Source of the DNA: an uncultured Campylobacterales bacterium
GTDB taxonomy: Bacteria; Campylobacterota; Campylobacteria; Campylobacterales; Sulfurospirillaceae
Reading direction: 5' to 3'
Assembly (NCBI GenBank): GCA_964650375.1
Contig: CAZYTB010000001.1
Span: 2,052-60,519 of the forward strand
DNA length: 58,468 nt
The first letter of the stretch is position 1. The number at the start of each line of letters is the position of its first letter. Shown here in pieces: positions 10,921-20,850 of the stretch. The notes below the pieces were generated by a model. The model was not told where the DNA came from. It made no database searches and saw only the letters and a program-made list of their open reading frames with translations. The position numbers and the translations under genes were made by a program.

Positions 10921-11517
10921 TTGAGATTTTCTTATAAACCATTGGTAGATAAATTTAAAATTCCAAGACCTACTCTGATAGAGTGGCACAAGAGAGCTAA
11001 AAACGAACCAAACAATTGGAGAGTAGGGCATCTTGAATTTTTACAAAATCAAATAATAGTAGAAAAAGAAGCTCTTATAGAATTGGCAAATATAGGCATG
11101 AATTATAATGAGATTTTTATTTTTTCGATTTGCTTATATCTTGAAGATAAGGATAGTTTTATATACAAAACGGAATTTAAATCCTTGCTAAAAGAGTTTG
11201 CATTCACTCAACATAATTCGCTCGAATACAGACACGATTTTGCTAGAGAGATTTGGAACATAAAACTAGAAGATGGAAGCGAAAGATATATAGCTGATTA
11301 TATGAGAGTTTATAATTTAATAGATAGACTAACATCCTACCAGTATTATACACTTTTCATGCAAATTGTAGATTTTATAGAAAAAATTAGAAAAAAAGTA
11401 GATTTAGGATATAGTGAAGGGTTTAAAGGGAAAACTTGGCAAGAGCTATACTCTTTACAAAAAGAATTTTCAAAGAAATCCATAAAGACACAATTTTTAC
11501 ATTTCATCCAACTATGA
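10921..11517 (+). CDS. Hypothetical protein, possible N-terminal HTH
   Basis: 198-aa ORF, AGGAG RBS before TTG; KFKIPRPTLIEW resembles an HTH recognition helix. Confidence 0.6.
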   Translation: MRFSYKPLVDKFKIPRPTLIEWHKRAKNEPNNWRVGHLEFLQNQIIVEKEALIELANIGMNYNEIFIFSICLYLEDKDSFIYKTEFKSLLKEFAFTQHNSLEYRHDFAREIWNIKLEDGSERYIADYMRVYNLIDRLTSYQYYTLFMQIVDFIEKIRKKVDLGYSEGFKGKTWQELYSLQKEFSKKSIKTQFLHFIQL

Positions 11518-13312
11518 CCTTATTTCTTCCGCTTTTTTTAGCTTCATAAAGTGCGCTGTCAGCTCTCTTGCATACACTTTCCTCTTTTTCCTCTTTTACA
11601 TATTGAACAACTCCAAAACTCATAGTAATTGGTATTATTTTTTTATATAACTCTATCTCCTTTCTTAGTTTTTCAGCTATTTTAATTGCATCTTTTATGT
11701 TTGTGTATGGAAGTATAATCATAAATTCTTCACCACCAATTCTGCAGAAAATATCTTCGTCTCTTAAGAGTGAAGAAATTAGCTTGGTGTATATTACTAA
11801 AACTTTGTCACCCACATCGTGTCCATGTTCATCATTAACTTGCTTAAAAAAGTCAATATCAGTCATAATCAAAGAAAGAGGATAGTCATATCGCTTCATA
11901 CGATGTATCTCACTTTTTAATGCCTGTAAAAAATATCTACGATTTTTAATACCTGTTAAGCCATCAGTTATAATCACAACTTCCAGCTTTTTCTTATACT
12001 CTTCTTGTTCAGTTATTTCTGAAAGTACGATACTGTAGTGATTTGATTTTTCTAAAATCAATGAAGCACTTATGATAAAATAATGATTTTTGCCATAAAA
12101 ATTAATTTTTACTATATGTTTTTTATTACTATACTTCAAAAGATACTCTACCCATTTTAGACCATTCATCTCTTTTTGTATGTATCCATCTTCTTTTACG
12201 AAAAAATCACATATACACTTATTATCCACAAGGAACTCTTCGAGCGAGTTATATCTATCAAAGAGCTTAAAAAATGCTTTGTTTGCACTTAAGATGGTTT
12301 TCATGTTATTTACTGTCATGACATCTGAGGATGAATCTATAATTCTTCTATAATACTCTTTTTGTCTTCTGTTTATAAAAAATAGAGTGGTGCTAATAAT
12401 CAAAATCAGAAACATAAATATAATAGCAATAAGTGAAAACCACTTAAATATAAAGAAATCTAAATCTTTATTTGAAATAGTGTTTAATTTTTTAAATATT
12501 ATAAAATACCCAATAGTTCTTAATTTTTTATTTTTGAGAGGATAGGATACAATAAAATAACCATTTTCAACTTTGTAGGAATTATTAAAATATTTTTCTA
12601 TGCCATGGGTTTTAAGATAATTTCTCAGAACCAGTGGTGCATCAAAATTTGCCACATAATAATCACCGATAAAAAGTTTGGTAAATGGATATTTTAGCTG
12701 TTTTTTATACTCTTTTTTAGCAACTACAACAGAATCAATACCTAACTTATGGAGTTTTTTAGTTATGGAGTTAAAATGAGAGATTACTTCTACTATACCT
12801 ATAAATTTCTTCTTTTCAAACAAAGGAATAATAGATTTAAACGAGAGATCAAATTTTCCAATACTTATAGAATGTTCAGTTTTTTTTGTTAAAATTACTT
12901 CTTCTAAATCTTTTCTAATGCCAACAAGAGAATCATTTTTTTTCTTAGTCCAACTTCTATGTATAGAAATCCCATTTTTGTCTATTACTTGAATCCAAAT
13001 GTTCTTATAAAGTTTGCTGTTTTTTAGTCCCTCAACTAGTCCATCATGATAGTCTTGAGGAATGTTACCATTTATAATCTTTTCTTTCAAGTCTTGGTTA
13101 TTTGCTACGCTAAAAGCTATATCTGTAGTAGATTCTTGTTTTTGCAAAATTTCACTTTTCACTCTTTCTTGTAAAGATAAAGCTTCTAGTTGATAAGTAA
13201 AATTATTAAAATTTTTTTTCTTCAACTCTAAAAAATTCATAAATTTCCAACCACCATAGCCAAAGAGTAAAATAATGATAGATATAAATATAAATAATCT
13301 ATATCGCTTCAA
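11504..13312 (-). CDS. Membrane-anchored sensor diguanylate cyclase (Cache-like + PAS-like + GGDEF)
   Basis: Two TM segments, TDGLTG, DIDFFK, RxxD I-site (RDED), GGEEF. Confidence 0.92.
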   Translation of the reverse strand: MKRYRLFIFISIIILLFGYGGWKFMNFLELKKKNFNNFTYQLEALSLQERVKSEILQKQESTTDIAFSVANNQDLKEKIINGNIPQDYHDGLVEGLKNSKLYKNIWIQVIDKNGISIHRSWTKKKNDSLVGIRKDLEEVILTKKTEHSISIGKFDLSFKSIIPLFEKKKFIGIVEVISHFNSITKKLHKLGIDSVVVAKKEYKKQLKYPFTKLFIGDYYVANFDAPLVLRNYLKTHGIEKYFNNSYKVENGYFIVSYPLKNKKLRTIGYFIIFKKLNTISNKDLDFFIFKWFSLIAIIFMFLILIISTTLFFINRRQKEYYRRIIDSSSDVMTVNNMKTILSANKAFFKLFDRYNSLEEFLVDNKCICDFFVKEDGYIQKEMNGLKWVEYLLKYSNKKHIVKINFYGKNHYFIISASLILEKSNHYSIVLSEITEQEEYKKKLEVVIITDGLTGIKNRRYFLQALKSEIHRMKRYDYPLSLIMTDIDFFKQVNDEHGHDVGDKVLVIYTKLISSLLRDEDIFCRIGGEEFMIILPYTNIKDAIKIAEKLRKEIELYKKIIPITMSFGVVQYVKEEKEESVCKRADSALYEAKKSGRNKVIVG

Positions 13313-13453
13313 AATATCTCCTTCTTTGCTTGTAACACACTATGCTAATAGTATCACTAATTCATTTAAAAATTAATTACAAATTTATTTTTATAAGATT
13401 TGTGATAGAATTACACAAGAATTTAGGGTTATCAGAGCTACCCTTAAAAATAT

Positions 13454-14050
13454 TTGGAGTTAAAATTGGATAAAAAACAGATAAAAACAGAACAAATTTT
13501 AGAAAAATCGTTAATTTTATTTTCCAAAAAAGGTTTTTACTCTACTACTATACCGGATATTGCTAAAGCTATGAATATGAGTGTTGGAAATCTTTATAAC
13601 TATTTTTCTTCAAAAGAGGAGTTAGCAAGAGGAGTTATAAAATACTCTTCAGATATATTGGGAGCTAGAATCAGAAAGATTAATGAAGAAAATATAAGTT
13701 CTCGCGAAAAGATAAGAAGAATAGTTGCCTTGTATTTTCATATGGCAGTTAATCAACCACAACACTTAGATTTCTTTTTGAGAGTATATTTAGCTAATAA
13801 AGAAATATTTAAAAATGGCTGTGAAGGGATGATATGTGTTTCAGCATTCGTCACGGAACTTATGATATTTTTTGAAGAAGGTGTTAGAAACAAAGAGCTT
13901 AGAAATCAAAACTTTTTTTCAGCTTTTGGTTTATTTATGGGATATCTTGGTGGTTTTGTGTTTTTAAATGGGGAAGGTATTTTGGATGATAAATTGGAAA
14001 ATTATACAAATGAGATATCTGAAAATATTTATAGAGCACTTAAAGAATAA
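13454..14050 (+). CDS. TetR/AcrR family regulator of the hydrogenase cluster (start may be TTG 13466)
   Basis: FSKKGFYSTTIPDIAKAMNMSVGNLYNYFSSKEEL HTH; TGATAGAAT extended -10 at 13403-13411. Confidence 0.92.
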   Translation: MELKLDKKQIKTEQILEKSLILFSKKGFYSTTIPDIAKAMNMSVGNLYNYFSSKEELARGVIKYSSDILGARIRKINEENISSREKIRRIVALYFHMAVNQPQHLDFFLRVYLANKEIFKNGCEGMICVSAFVTELMIFFEEGVRNKELRNQNFFSAFGLFMGYLGGFVFLNGEGILDDKLENYTNEISENIYRALKE

Positions 14051-14056
14051 CGGCTT

Positions 14057-14944
14057 ATGTCTTCATTTCACTCTAAAAAAACAATAGTTTGGATTCAAGG
14101 CATTACATGTAACGGTGATTCTCACTCTTTTTTCAACTATGCACAGATGAAAAATTTTGCTAGAAACTTTGAGATCATCTATCATCCACTTCTTATAGGT
14201 GAATATGATTTACCTACAATCTTAAACAACACTCAAACTTATGATTATTTAATAGTGGAGGGGTCTTTCACTAAAGAGAAAGATTTTTTAGATAGGTTTG
14301 GATTTTCTTTTGAATATATAATTGATAATTTATCAAAAAGAGTTAAACACATAATATGTGCTGGCAGTTGTGCTAGTTATGGTGGTATTTTTAGACTAAG
14401 AGATACACAAAAAATCACAGGGGCACTTTTTTCTGGAAAAGAAAAGGATGGATATTGGAGCAAAAATAAAAAAGTCATAAACATTCCAGGTTGTCCTTTA
14501 CATCCACAATGGTTAGTAGATACTCTTTTTATGCTAAAAGAGGAAAAAGTAGTAGCTTTAGATGATTTATTAAGACCAAAAGAGATTTTTTCTTATTTTG
14601 TGCATCACGGGTGCTTGAGAAATGAATATTTTGAATGGAAAATTGATACAAAAGAATATGGGGAAAAAGAGGGTTGTTTGTTTTATGAACAAGGCTGTAG
14701 AGGTCCCATGACGCACTCAAATTGCAATAAAATACTCTGGAATGATGTTAGCTCCAAGACAAGAGCAGGATCCCCTTGTCTAGGTTGCACGGAACCTGAT
14801 TTTCCAAGAGACAATGTATATGAAACAAAAAAATATATGTCTTTGCCACTAGCTCCCACAGGTGTTAGCAAAAGAGCATACTACACAATCACAGGCATTG
14901 CTAAAAGCTTTACAATAGATAGACTAGAGAGAAAGTTAATATGA
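14057..14944 (+). CDS. Cytoplasmic [NiFe]-hydrogenase small subunit (group 2d-like)
   Basis: TCNGDSHS, GSCASYGG, IPGCP, HHGCLRN, GCLF..GCRGP, CLGC; no Tat leader. Confidence 0.88.
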   Translation: MSSFHSKKTIVWIQGITCNGDSHSFFNYAQMKNFARNFEIIYHPLLIGEYDLPTILNNTQTYDYLIVEGSFTKEKDFLDRFGFSFEYIIDNLSKRVKHIICAGSCASYGGIFRLRDTQKITGALFSGKEKDGYWSKNKKVINIPGCPLHPQWLVDTLFMLKEEKVVALDDLLRPKEIFSYFVHHGCLRNEYFEWKIDTKEYGEKEGCLFYEQGCRGPMTHSNCNKILWNDVSSKTRAGSPCLGCTEPDFPRDNVYETKKYMSLPLAPTGVSKRAYYTITGIAKSFTIDRLERKLI

Positions 14945-15138
14945 AAATTAGAAATAGTTCATTCTTGTCGTTAGACAAAGCTTTAGTGAGAGGAATTTTT
15001 CAAGATTTTACATCTTGAAGAAGGAGAAAGTTAATATGAAAATTAGAAATAGTTCATTCTTGTCGTTAGACAAAGCTTTAGTGAGAGGAATTTTTCAAGA
15101 TTTTACATCTTGAAGAAGGAGAAAGTTAATATGAAAAT
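14929..15138 (+). repeat. Two exact 95-bp tandem units bounded by three copies of a 20-bp direct repeat containing the start codon
   Basis: GAGAAAGTTAATATGAAAAT at 14929, 15024 and 15119; identical 75-bp intervening segments with hairpins. Confidence 0.95.
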
Positions 15139-16477
15139 AACTAAAGAAATTATAGAGAGAATTGAAGGTGAGGCAACACTAGAATTAGAATGGGAAAACG
15201 AAAAAATTTCATATGCAAAGATAAAGTTTTTGAATTATAGAGCTATTGAAGATATTCTAAAAGGAAGGCATTTACTAGATGCTTTGATGATAACTCCTAG
15301 AGTTTGTGGGATTTGTTCTCATTCACATGTAAATGCCACAATCCTTGCTATCGAGGATTGTTATAAAAATGCAGGAATAGAGTTAAAATTAACAAACAAA
15401 GCAAAACAGATAAGAGAGTTAGTTTTAAATGCTGAAAAGATTCAAAATCATATAAAATGGTTTTATTTTTTAATATTGCCAGAACTTTTTAAGATGAATC
15501 ATAAAAAATTTATATCAACTGAACCCTTTAGAGATAAAGAGTGGTTTGAGGCACAGAAGGCACTTGGTAATATCCTGAAAATGGGATCAATATTTTCCGG
15601 TCAATGGCCTCATGGATCTTTCGTTATGAGTGGAGGAGTCACATGTGATCCAACAAATAGTGATATAACTAATGCTAAAAATTATCTTATGAATGTAAAA
15701 GATTTTTGTGAAGAAAGATTATATGGCTGCGAAGTTGAAGAATTTTTAGGCATAAAATTAATGCAAGACATTATAGACATGGACTCTACACTTGGACATG
15801 CTGTGTCCTTTATGAAAGAAAAAGGCTTTAATAATATTGGGAAAAGTTATGATCAGTTTATAGCTCTTGGCGGATATTGTGGTTTTGAGTCTCCAAAGAA
15901 AGCGATAAAGACAAGAGTCTTTGGTGCTGATATAAAATATGCAGAAGAAAGTTTAGAAAATAGCTTCTTTGGAGATCAAAAAAATGGATATACTTACTCC
16001 AAAAGTGCAGTTTATAAAAAAATGTTTTATGAAACTGGTCCACTAGCGAGATTAATGATATCAAAAGATATACTTATTAGAGATTGTCACCGGAGGTGTG
16101 CAGATTCTACAATTACAAGAATTGTGGCAAGAGTTAAAGAAATTGCCATATTAATTCAAAGATCAAATAAATTATTAGAAGAAATTGATATAAAAGAAAA
16201 ATCGCTTCAAACTCCAAAATTTATGCCAAAAAATATAACTTCCACTGGAATCGGAATAATAGAAGCTGCGAGAGGAAGCTTAATACATAAAATTTGTGTT
16301 AAAGATGGTTTCATAGAGAGCTACGACATCATCCCTCCAACTGTTTGGAACTTAGGCAATGGAAGTCTCGATAAGCCCTCTATCGCTCAAAAAGCTATCA
16401 TAGGCTTAGATAGTGTAAGCAAAGCTGATTTTGTTTTTAAAACTTTTGATATTTGTTCTGTTTGCACAACTCAATAA
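15131..16477 (+). CDS. Cytoplasmic [NiFe]-hydrogenase large subunit (group 2d-like)
   Basis: RIEGE, RVCGICSHSH (L1), DICSVCTTQ (L2) with no C-terminal extension; ATG 15131 preceded by AAGGAG. Confidence 0.92.
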   Translation: MKITKEIIERIEGEATLELEWENEKISYAKIKFLNYRAIEDILKGRHLLDALMITPRVCGICSHSHVNATILAIEDCYKNAGIELKLTNKAKQIRELVLNAEKIQNHIKWFYFLILPELFKMNHKKFISTEPFRDKEWFEAQKALGNILKMGSIFSGQWPHGSFVMSGGVTCDPTNSDITNAKNYLMNVKDFCEERLYGCEVEEFLGIKLMQDIIDMDSTLGHAVSFMKEKGFNNIGKSYDQFIALGGYCGFESPKKAIKTRVFGADIKYAEESLENSFFGDQKNGYTYSKSAVYKKMFYETGPLARLMISKDILIRDCHRRCADSTITRIVARVKEIAILIQRSNKLLEEIDIKEKSLQTPKFMPKNITSTGIGIIEAARGSLIHKICVKDGFIESYDIIPPTVWNLGNGSLDKPSIAQKAIIGLDSVSKADFVFKTFDICSVCTTQ

Positions 16478-16641
16478 AAACACTATTATTTTATCACTCT
16501 TTTTAAGTTTAATTTTATATAAGATATAATTTGTCTTATTTATTTGTTACTTTTTTACACATAAAATTGAATTTTGATTCAATAAATGAACATTCACTTG
16601 CTTTCTTATATATTATTATGCTTTAATTGTATTAATAAATA

Positions 16642-16671
16642 AATATTCATTCATAATAATGAATAAATATT
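16642..16671. promoter_or_regulatory. Inverted repeat just upstream of the hydA RBS, candidate operator
   Basis: AATATTCATTCAT-AATA-ATGAATAAATATT, 12/13 symmetric. Confidence 0.45.
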
Positions 16672-16686
16672 AAAAAGGAGAGTTGC

Positions 16687-17841
16687 ATGGAACAAGATAA
16701 ATTGTATCAAAGTCTCAGCGAAAGATTAAAAAAACTTTCAAAATTTCCAAAAATAAAAGACGATGGAAAATCTATTGCTTCATTAATGAAGGAAAATGGT
16801 ATCTCTAGAAGAGATTTTATGAAATGGGCAGGTATGATGACAGCTATGTTGTCTTTACCGGCAACATTTACGCCACTCATGGCAAAAGCTGCTGAATTAT
16901 CGGACAGACTACCAGTTATATGGTTACATAATGCAGAATGTACAGGTTGTAGTGAAAGTTTAATTCGAACTGCAACTCCAACAATTGATAGTATAATTTT
17001 TGATTATATTAATCTACTCTATCATGATACACTTATGGCGGCAAATGGTTGGCAGGCAGAAACCATTTTTAACGATGCCATAAAAAAATATAAAGGGAAA
17101 TATGTTTTAATGGTTGAGGGTGCTATCCCGGCAGGAAAAAGTGATTTTTTTCTAACAATTGGTCCACATGGACAAACCGGAGAATCGCATGTAAAAGAAG
17201 CAGCAGAAGGTGCACTTGCAATATTTGCGATAGGCACTTGTTCTAGCTATGGTGGTGTGCAAGCAGCTGCACCAAATCCCACCAATGCACAACCATTATA
17301 CAAAATCATAAATAAACAAGTTATAAATGTTCCTGGATGCCCTCCTGGTGCCAAAAATATAGTAGGTAATATTTTACAATATATTCTTTTTGGAACACTT
17401 CCGGCAGTTGATGCCTATGGCCGTCCAAAATGGGCATATGGCGCTAGGATTCATGATCGTTGTGAGAGAAGAGGCCACTTTGATGCTGGTGAATTTGTTC
17501 AAGAATTTGGTGATGAGGGAGCAAAAAACATGTATTGTCTTTACAAAGTTGGTTGTAAAGGACCATATACATTTAATAATTGTCCGCAACAAAGATTTAA
17601 TCAGCATACATCCTGGCCTATTCAATCAGGACATGGTTGTATTGGGTGTTCTGAGCCAGATTTTTGGGATAAAATGGGACCATTTGAGTCACCAGTTGCT
17701 GATAGGCTTTATCATACAGTTTTTGGCGGTCTTGGTGCTGATGCAACAGCAGATAAAGTTGGCATAGGAATACTTACTGTAACTGCTATCGGTATAGCTG
17801 CACATGCCGCAATTTCTATAATAAAAAATCCAAAGGAGTAA
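16687..17841 (+). CDS. hydA: Membrane-bound uptake [NiFe]-hydrogenase small subunit (group 1b)
   Basis: Tat motif SRRDFMK, ECTGCSES, GTCSSYGG, PGCPP, CLYKVGCKGP, C-terminal TM anchor. Confidence 0.97.
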   Translation: MEQDKLYQSLSERLKKLSKFPKIKDDGKSIASLMKENGISRRDFMKWAGMMTAMLSLPATFTPLMAKAAELSDRLPVIWLHNAECTGCSESLIRTATPTIDSIIFDYINLLYHDTLMAANGWQAETIFNDAIKKYKGKYVLMVEGAIPAGKSDFFLTIGPHGQTGESHVKEAAEGALAIFAIGTCSSYGGVQAAAPNPTNAQPLYKIINKQVINVPGCPPGAKNIVGNILQYILFGTLPAVDAYGRPKWAYGARIHDRCERRGHFDAGEFVQEFGDEGAKNMYCLYKVGCKGPYTFNNCPQQRFNQHTSWPIQSGHGCIGCSEPDFWDKMGPFESPVADRLYHTVFGGLGADATADKVGIGILTVTAIGIAAHAAISIIKNPKE

Positions 17842-17845
17842 GCAG

Positions 17846-19591
17846 ATGTCAAAAAGAATCGTAATAGATCCTATAACTAGAATAGAAGGGCATTTAAGAA
17901 TAGAAGTTGTAGTTGATGATAAAAATGTTGTTAAAGAAGCATACTCTTCAGCCACGCTGTTTCGCGGAATTGAAACTATATTAAAAGGCAGAGATCCTAG
18001 GGATGCAGGTTTTTTTACACAGAGAATTTGTGGTGTATGTACTTACTCACACTATAAAGCTGGTATTATAGCTGTTGAAAATACTTTAGGTATTGATCCT
18101 CCATTAAATGCAAAATTAGTAAGAACTCTAATGAATTCAGCACTTTTTATGCATGATCATACTGTTCATTTTTATCATTTACAAGCACTTGACTATGTAG
18201 ATGTAGTTTCAGCACTCAGCGGAGATCCTGCAAAAGCTAGTAAAGAAGCATTTAAATACACTAAAAATCCTCTATATACAGGAGAAGATCATCTTTTGGC
18301 GGTCAAAAAAAGAGTTGCAGCATTTGTTAAAAAAGGCAACCTTGGGCCATTTGCTAATGCATATTGGGGACATCCGACTTATAAATTTACACCAGAGCAA
18401 AATCTTATAGCTGTTTCACATTATCTAAAGGCTCTTGAAGTTCAAAGAGTTGCGGCTCAATTGATGGCGATTTTTGGAGCAAAGCAGCCTCACCCACAAA
18501 GCTTGTCGGTTGGTGGTGTCACATGTATCATGGATTTAAAATCACCTGCTCGTCTAGGAGAATACTTAACTAAATTTAAAGAAGTAAAAGAGTTTATAGA
18601 TCATTGTTATTATCCAGATATTGTTATGGCTGCTAGTATGTATGGCAGTGAACCTAGTGTTAATGCTGGTTTGGGAGTTCCAAATTTATTTACTGTTAAA
18701 GAATTTCAGCTTAATAGTAAAGATTATATGTTTGAAACTGGTGTGATGTATGGAGAAGATGTTATAAATCTCGTAAGTGGTAAAAAGTTTAAAGTTCATG
18801 AATTAGATGATAGCAAGATTACAGAAGAAGCTACTCATTCTTGGTATGGATATAAAGGAACACTTCACCCTTATGATGGCATAACAGATCCAAAATATAC
18901 AGGATTTAAGGATGCACAAACTATCAACGGTGAAGGTAAATTAGAAAATACTAAAGTAATAAATGAAGATGGTAAATATTCTTGGGTAAAAACACCAAGA
19001 TATGAAGGCAAACCTTTTCAAGTTGGTCCACTGGCAAATATTGTTGTAAATTATGCAAAAGGCAACAAGCGAGTTACAAAAATTGTAAATGAGTTCTTAA
19101 AAGATACCGGTCTTCCTGTATCAGCTGTTGCTTCAACACTTGGAAGAGTTGCATGTCGTATGCTTGAAGCAAAAGTTGTAGCTCATAATGGGCTTGATGC
19201 CTTTAACGCATTGGTAGAAAATTTGAAAGTTGATGACTCAACCTATACAACTTATGCAATTGATAATAATAAAGAGTACAAAGGTCACTATATAGGTAAT
19301 GTGCCTAGGGGAGTATTGAGTCACTGGGTAAGAGTTAAAAATGGTGTGATAGAAAATTATCAAGCTGTTGTTCCATCAACTTGGAATGCCAGCCCTAGAG
19401 ATGCTAAAGGAGTAAGAGGACCTTATGAAGAGGCTCTTATCGGATTAAAACTGGCTGATCTTGCCAAACCACTAGAAGTAATAAGAGCTATTCACTCTTT
19501 TGACCCTTGTATTGCCTGTGCTGTACATGTGATGGATACAAAAGGTAATGAAATGAGTGAATATAAAGTAGATTTGAGTTGTTTTTGTTAA
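17846..19591 (+). CDS. hydB: Membrane-bound [NiFe]-hydrogenase large subunit
   Basis: DPITRIEGH, RICGVC, DPCIACAVH plus cleavable C-terminal tail. Confidence 0.97.
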   Translation: MSKRIVIDPITRIEGHLRIEVVVDDKNVVKEAYSSATLFRGIETILKGRDPRDAGFFTQRICGVCTYSHYKAGIIAVENTLGIDPPLNAKLVRTLMNSALFMHDHTVHFYHLQALDYVDVVSALSGDPAKASKEAFKYTKNPLYTGEDHLLAVKKRVAAFVKKGNLGPFANAYWGHPTYKFTPEQNLIAVSHYLKALEVQRVAAQLMAIFGAKQPHPQSLSVGGVTCIMDLKSPARLGEYLTKFKEVKEFIDHCYYPDIVMAASMYGSEPSVNAGLGVPNLFTVKEFQLNSKDYMFETGVMYGEDVINLVSGKKFKVHELDDSKITEEATHSWYGYKGTLHPYDGITDPKYTGFKDAQTINGEGKLENTKVINEDGKYSWVKTPRYEGKPFQVGPLANIVVNYAKGNKRVTKIVNEFLKDTGLPVSAVASTLGRVACRMLEAKVVAHNGLDAFNALVENLKVDDSTYTTYAIDNNKEYKGHYIGNVPRGVLSHWVRVKNGVIENYQAVVPSTWNASPRDAKGVRGPYEEALIGLKLADLAKPLEVIRAIHSFDPCIACAVHVMDTKGNEMSEYKVDLSCFC

Positions 19592-19601
19592 GGAGTTAAA
19601 A

Positions 19602-20300
19602 ATGATACAAAAGAATAAAGAAGAAAATGTCCAAAGGCATTTAGTATTTTCGACATTTTTTAGATGGCATCATTGGATTAGATTTTTTGCAATAAATTTT
19701 TTGATAATTAGTGGCTTTTACATAGCATATCCGTTTTTGTCACCAGCGATAGATAGTGTTCCTACCAGCTTTTTATTTGCAAAAACCAGAGCTTTTCATA
19801 TAATGTTTGGTTTTGTTGCGATATCTATGTTTATAGGAAAAACATACTATTTTTTCTTTGTCAAATCTGATAGGTTTGAAATTAACTCAATTAAAGATAT
19901 TTTTAGCATTAAAAAATGGATGAAACAAATAGGGTATTATCTGTTTATAAGCAAGCATCCAAGGGTAAGTGGTGCGTACAATGTCATACAGTTTTTAGCT
20001 TATGTTGCTTTACATCTTATGCTTACTTTTTTGATAATTACTGGCCTTATACTTTATGTGCATGATTATCATGAAGGATTAGCAGGTCTTTTATATGAGC
20101 CTATGAACTGGATTGGAGCCTTATTTGGCGGACTTGCAAGTGTAAGAGAAATTCATCATCTTCTTACTTGGGGTTTGATATTTTTTATCATAACTCATGT
20201 GTATATGGCAGTATTTAATGCTGTATATGGAAAAGAGGGAACTATAGACTCTATCGTTAGTGGATACAAGTGGAGTCAATCGGATTTAGAAAAAGAGTGA
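19602..20300 (+). CDS. hydC: Hydrogenase b-type cytochrome subunit
   Basis: RWHHW, FHIMFG, REIHH, THVY heme-ligand His in TM helices; synteny. Confidence 0.94.
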   Translation: MIQKNKEENVQRHLVFSTFFRWHHWIRFFAINFLIISGFYIAYPFLSPAIDSVPTSFLFAKTRAFHIMFGFVAISMFIGKTYYFFFVKSDRFEINSIKDIFSIKKWMKQIGYYLFISKHPRVSGAYNVIQFLAYVALHLMLTFLIITGLILYVHDYHEGLAGLLYEPMNWIGALFGGLASVREIHHLLTWGLIFFIITHVYMAVFNAVYGKEGTIDSIVSGYKWSQSDLEKE

Positions 20301-20839
20301 TGAAAATTTTAGTGCTTGGAATTGGCAATGTGATGTTCTCCGACGAAGGTGTCGGAGTCCATCTTTGCCATTATATAGAAAAAAAATATGAGTTTAGCTC
20401 AAGTGAGCATAGTATAGATTTTGTAGATGGTGGAACACTGGCAGAGCGATTGATTCCAATCATTGCTGAGTATGATTATCTGATAATATTTGATTGTGTA
20501 GATGCAAATGATGGCGAAATTGGAGATATATATTTTTTTGATTTTGAAAATATCCCTGAGAGTATCTCTTTTCAAGGAAGTGCTCATGAAGTTGAAATGC
20601 TGCAAACGCTAAATATGATGGATATGGTAGGCGATAGACCTCCTACAAAAATCATTGGAATTATTCCAGAAGTTGTGAATGATACAACTTTGTGTTTAAC
20701 CAAAAAGGTGATTTCTGGAAGTTTGATTATGGAAAAGGTTTTTTTGAAACATATCAAAGAGCTTGGCCTTAGTTATAAAATAGTAAAAAACATAGATATA
20801 CAGAGTGTCGCAAGTAAGGCTTGTGCACAATATGCATAA
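20300..20839 (+). CDS. hydD: Hydrogenase maturation protease
   Basis: VLGIGNVMFSDEGVG, VDGGT, SAHE; ATG overlaps hydC stop. Confidence 0.94.
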   Translation: MKILVLGIGNVMFSDEGVGVHLCHYIEKKYEFSSSEHSIDFVDGGTLAERLIPIIAEYDYLIIFDCVDANDGEIGDIYFFDFENIPESISFQGSAHEVEMLQTLNMMDMVGDRPPTKIIGIIPEVVNDTTLCLTKKVISGSLIMEKVFLKHIKELGLSYKIVKNIDIQSVASKACAQYA

Positions 20840-20850
20840 CTGGAAATAAT

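Noticed and set aside
15110-15130. TTG start at 15110 for the hydrogenase large subunit
   Set aside because: The extension derives from the repeat unit; ATG 15131 has the SD and a typical N-terminus
14929-15138. CRISPR array (three 20-bp repeats with spacers)
   Set aside because: The spacers are identical and 75 bp long, the repeat is the gene's own start region, and no cas genes are present
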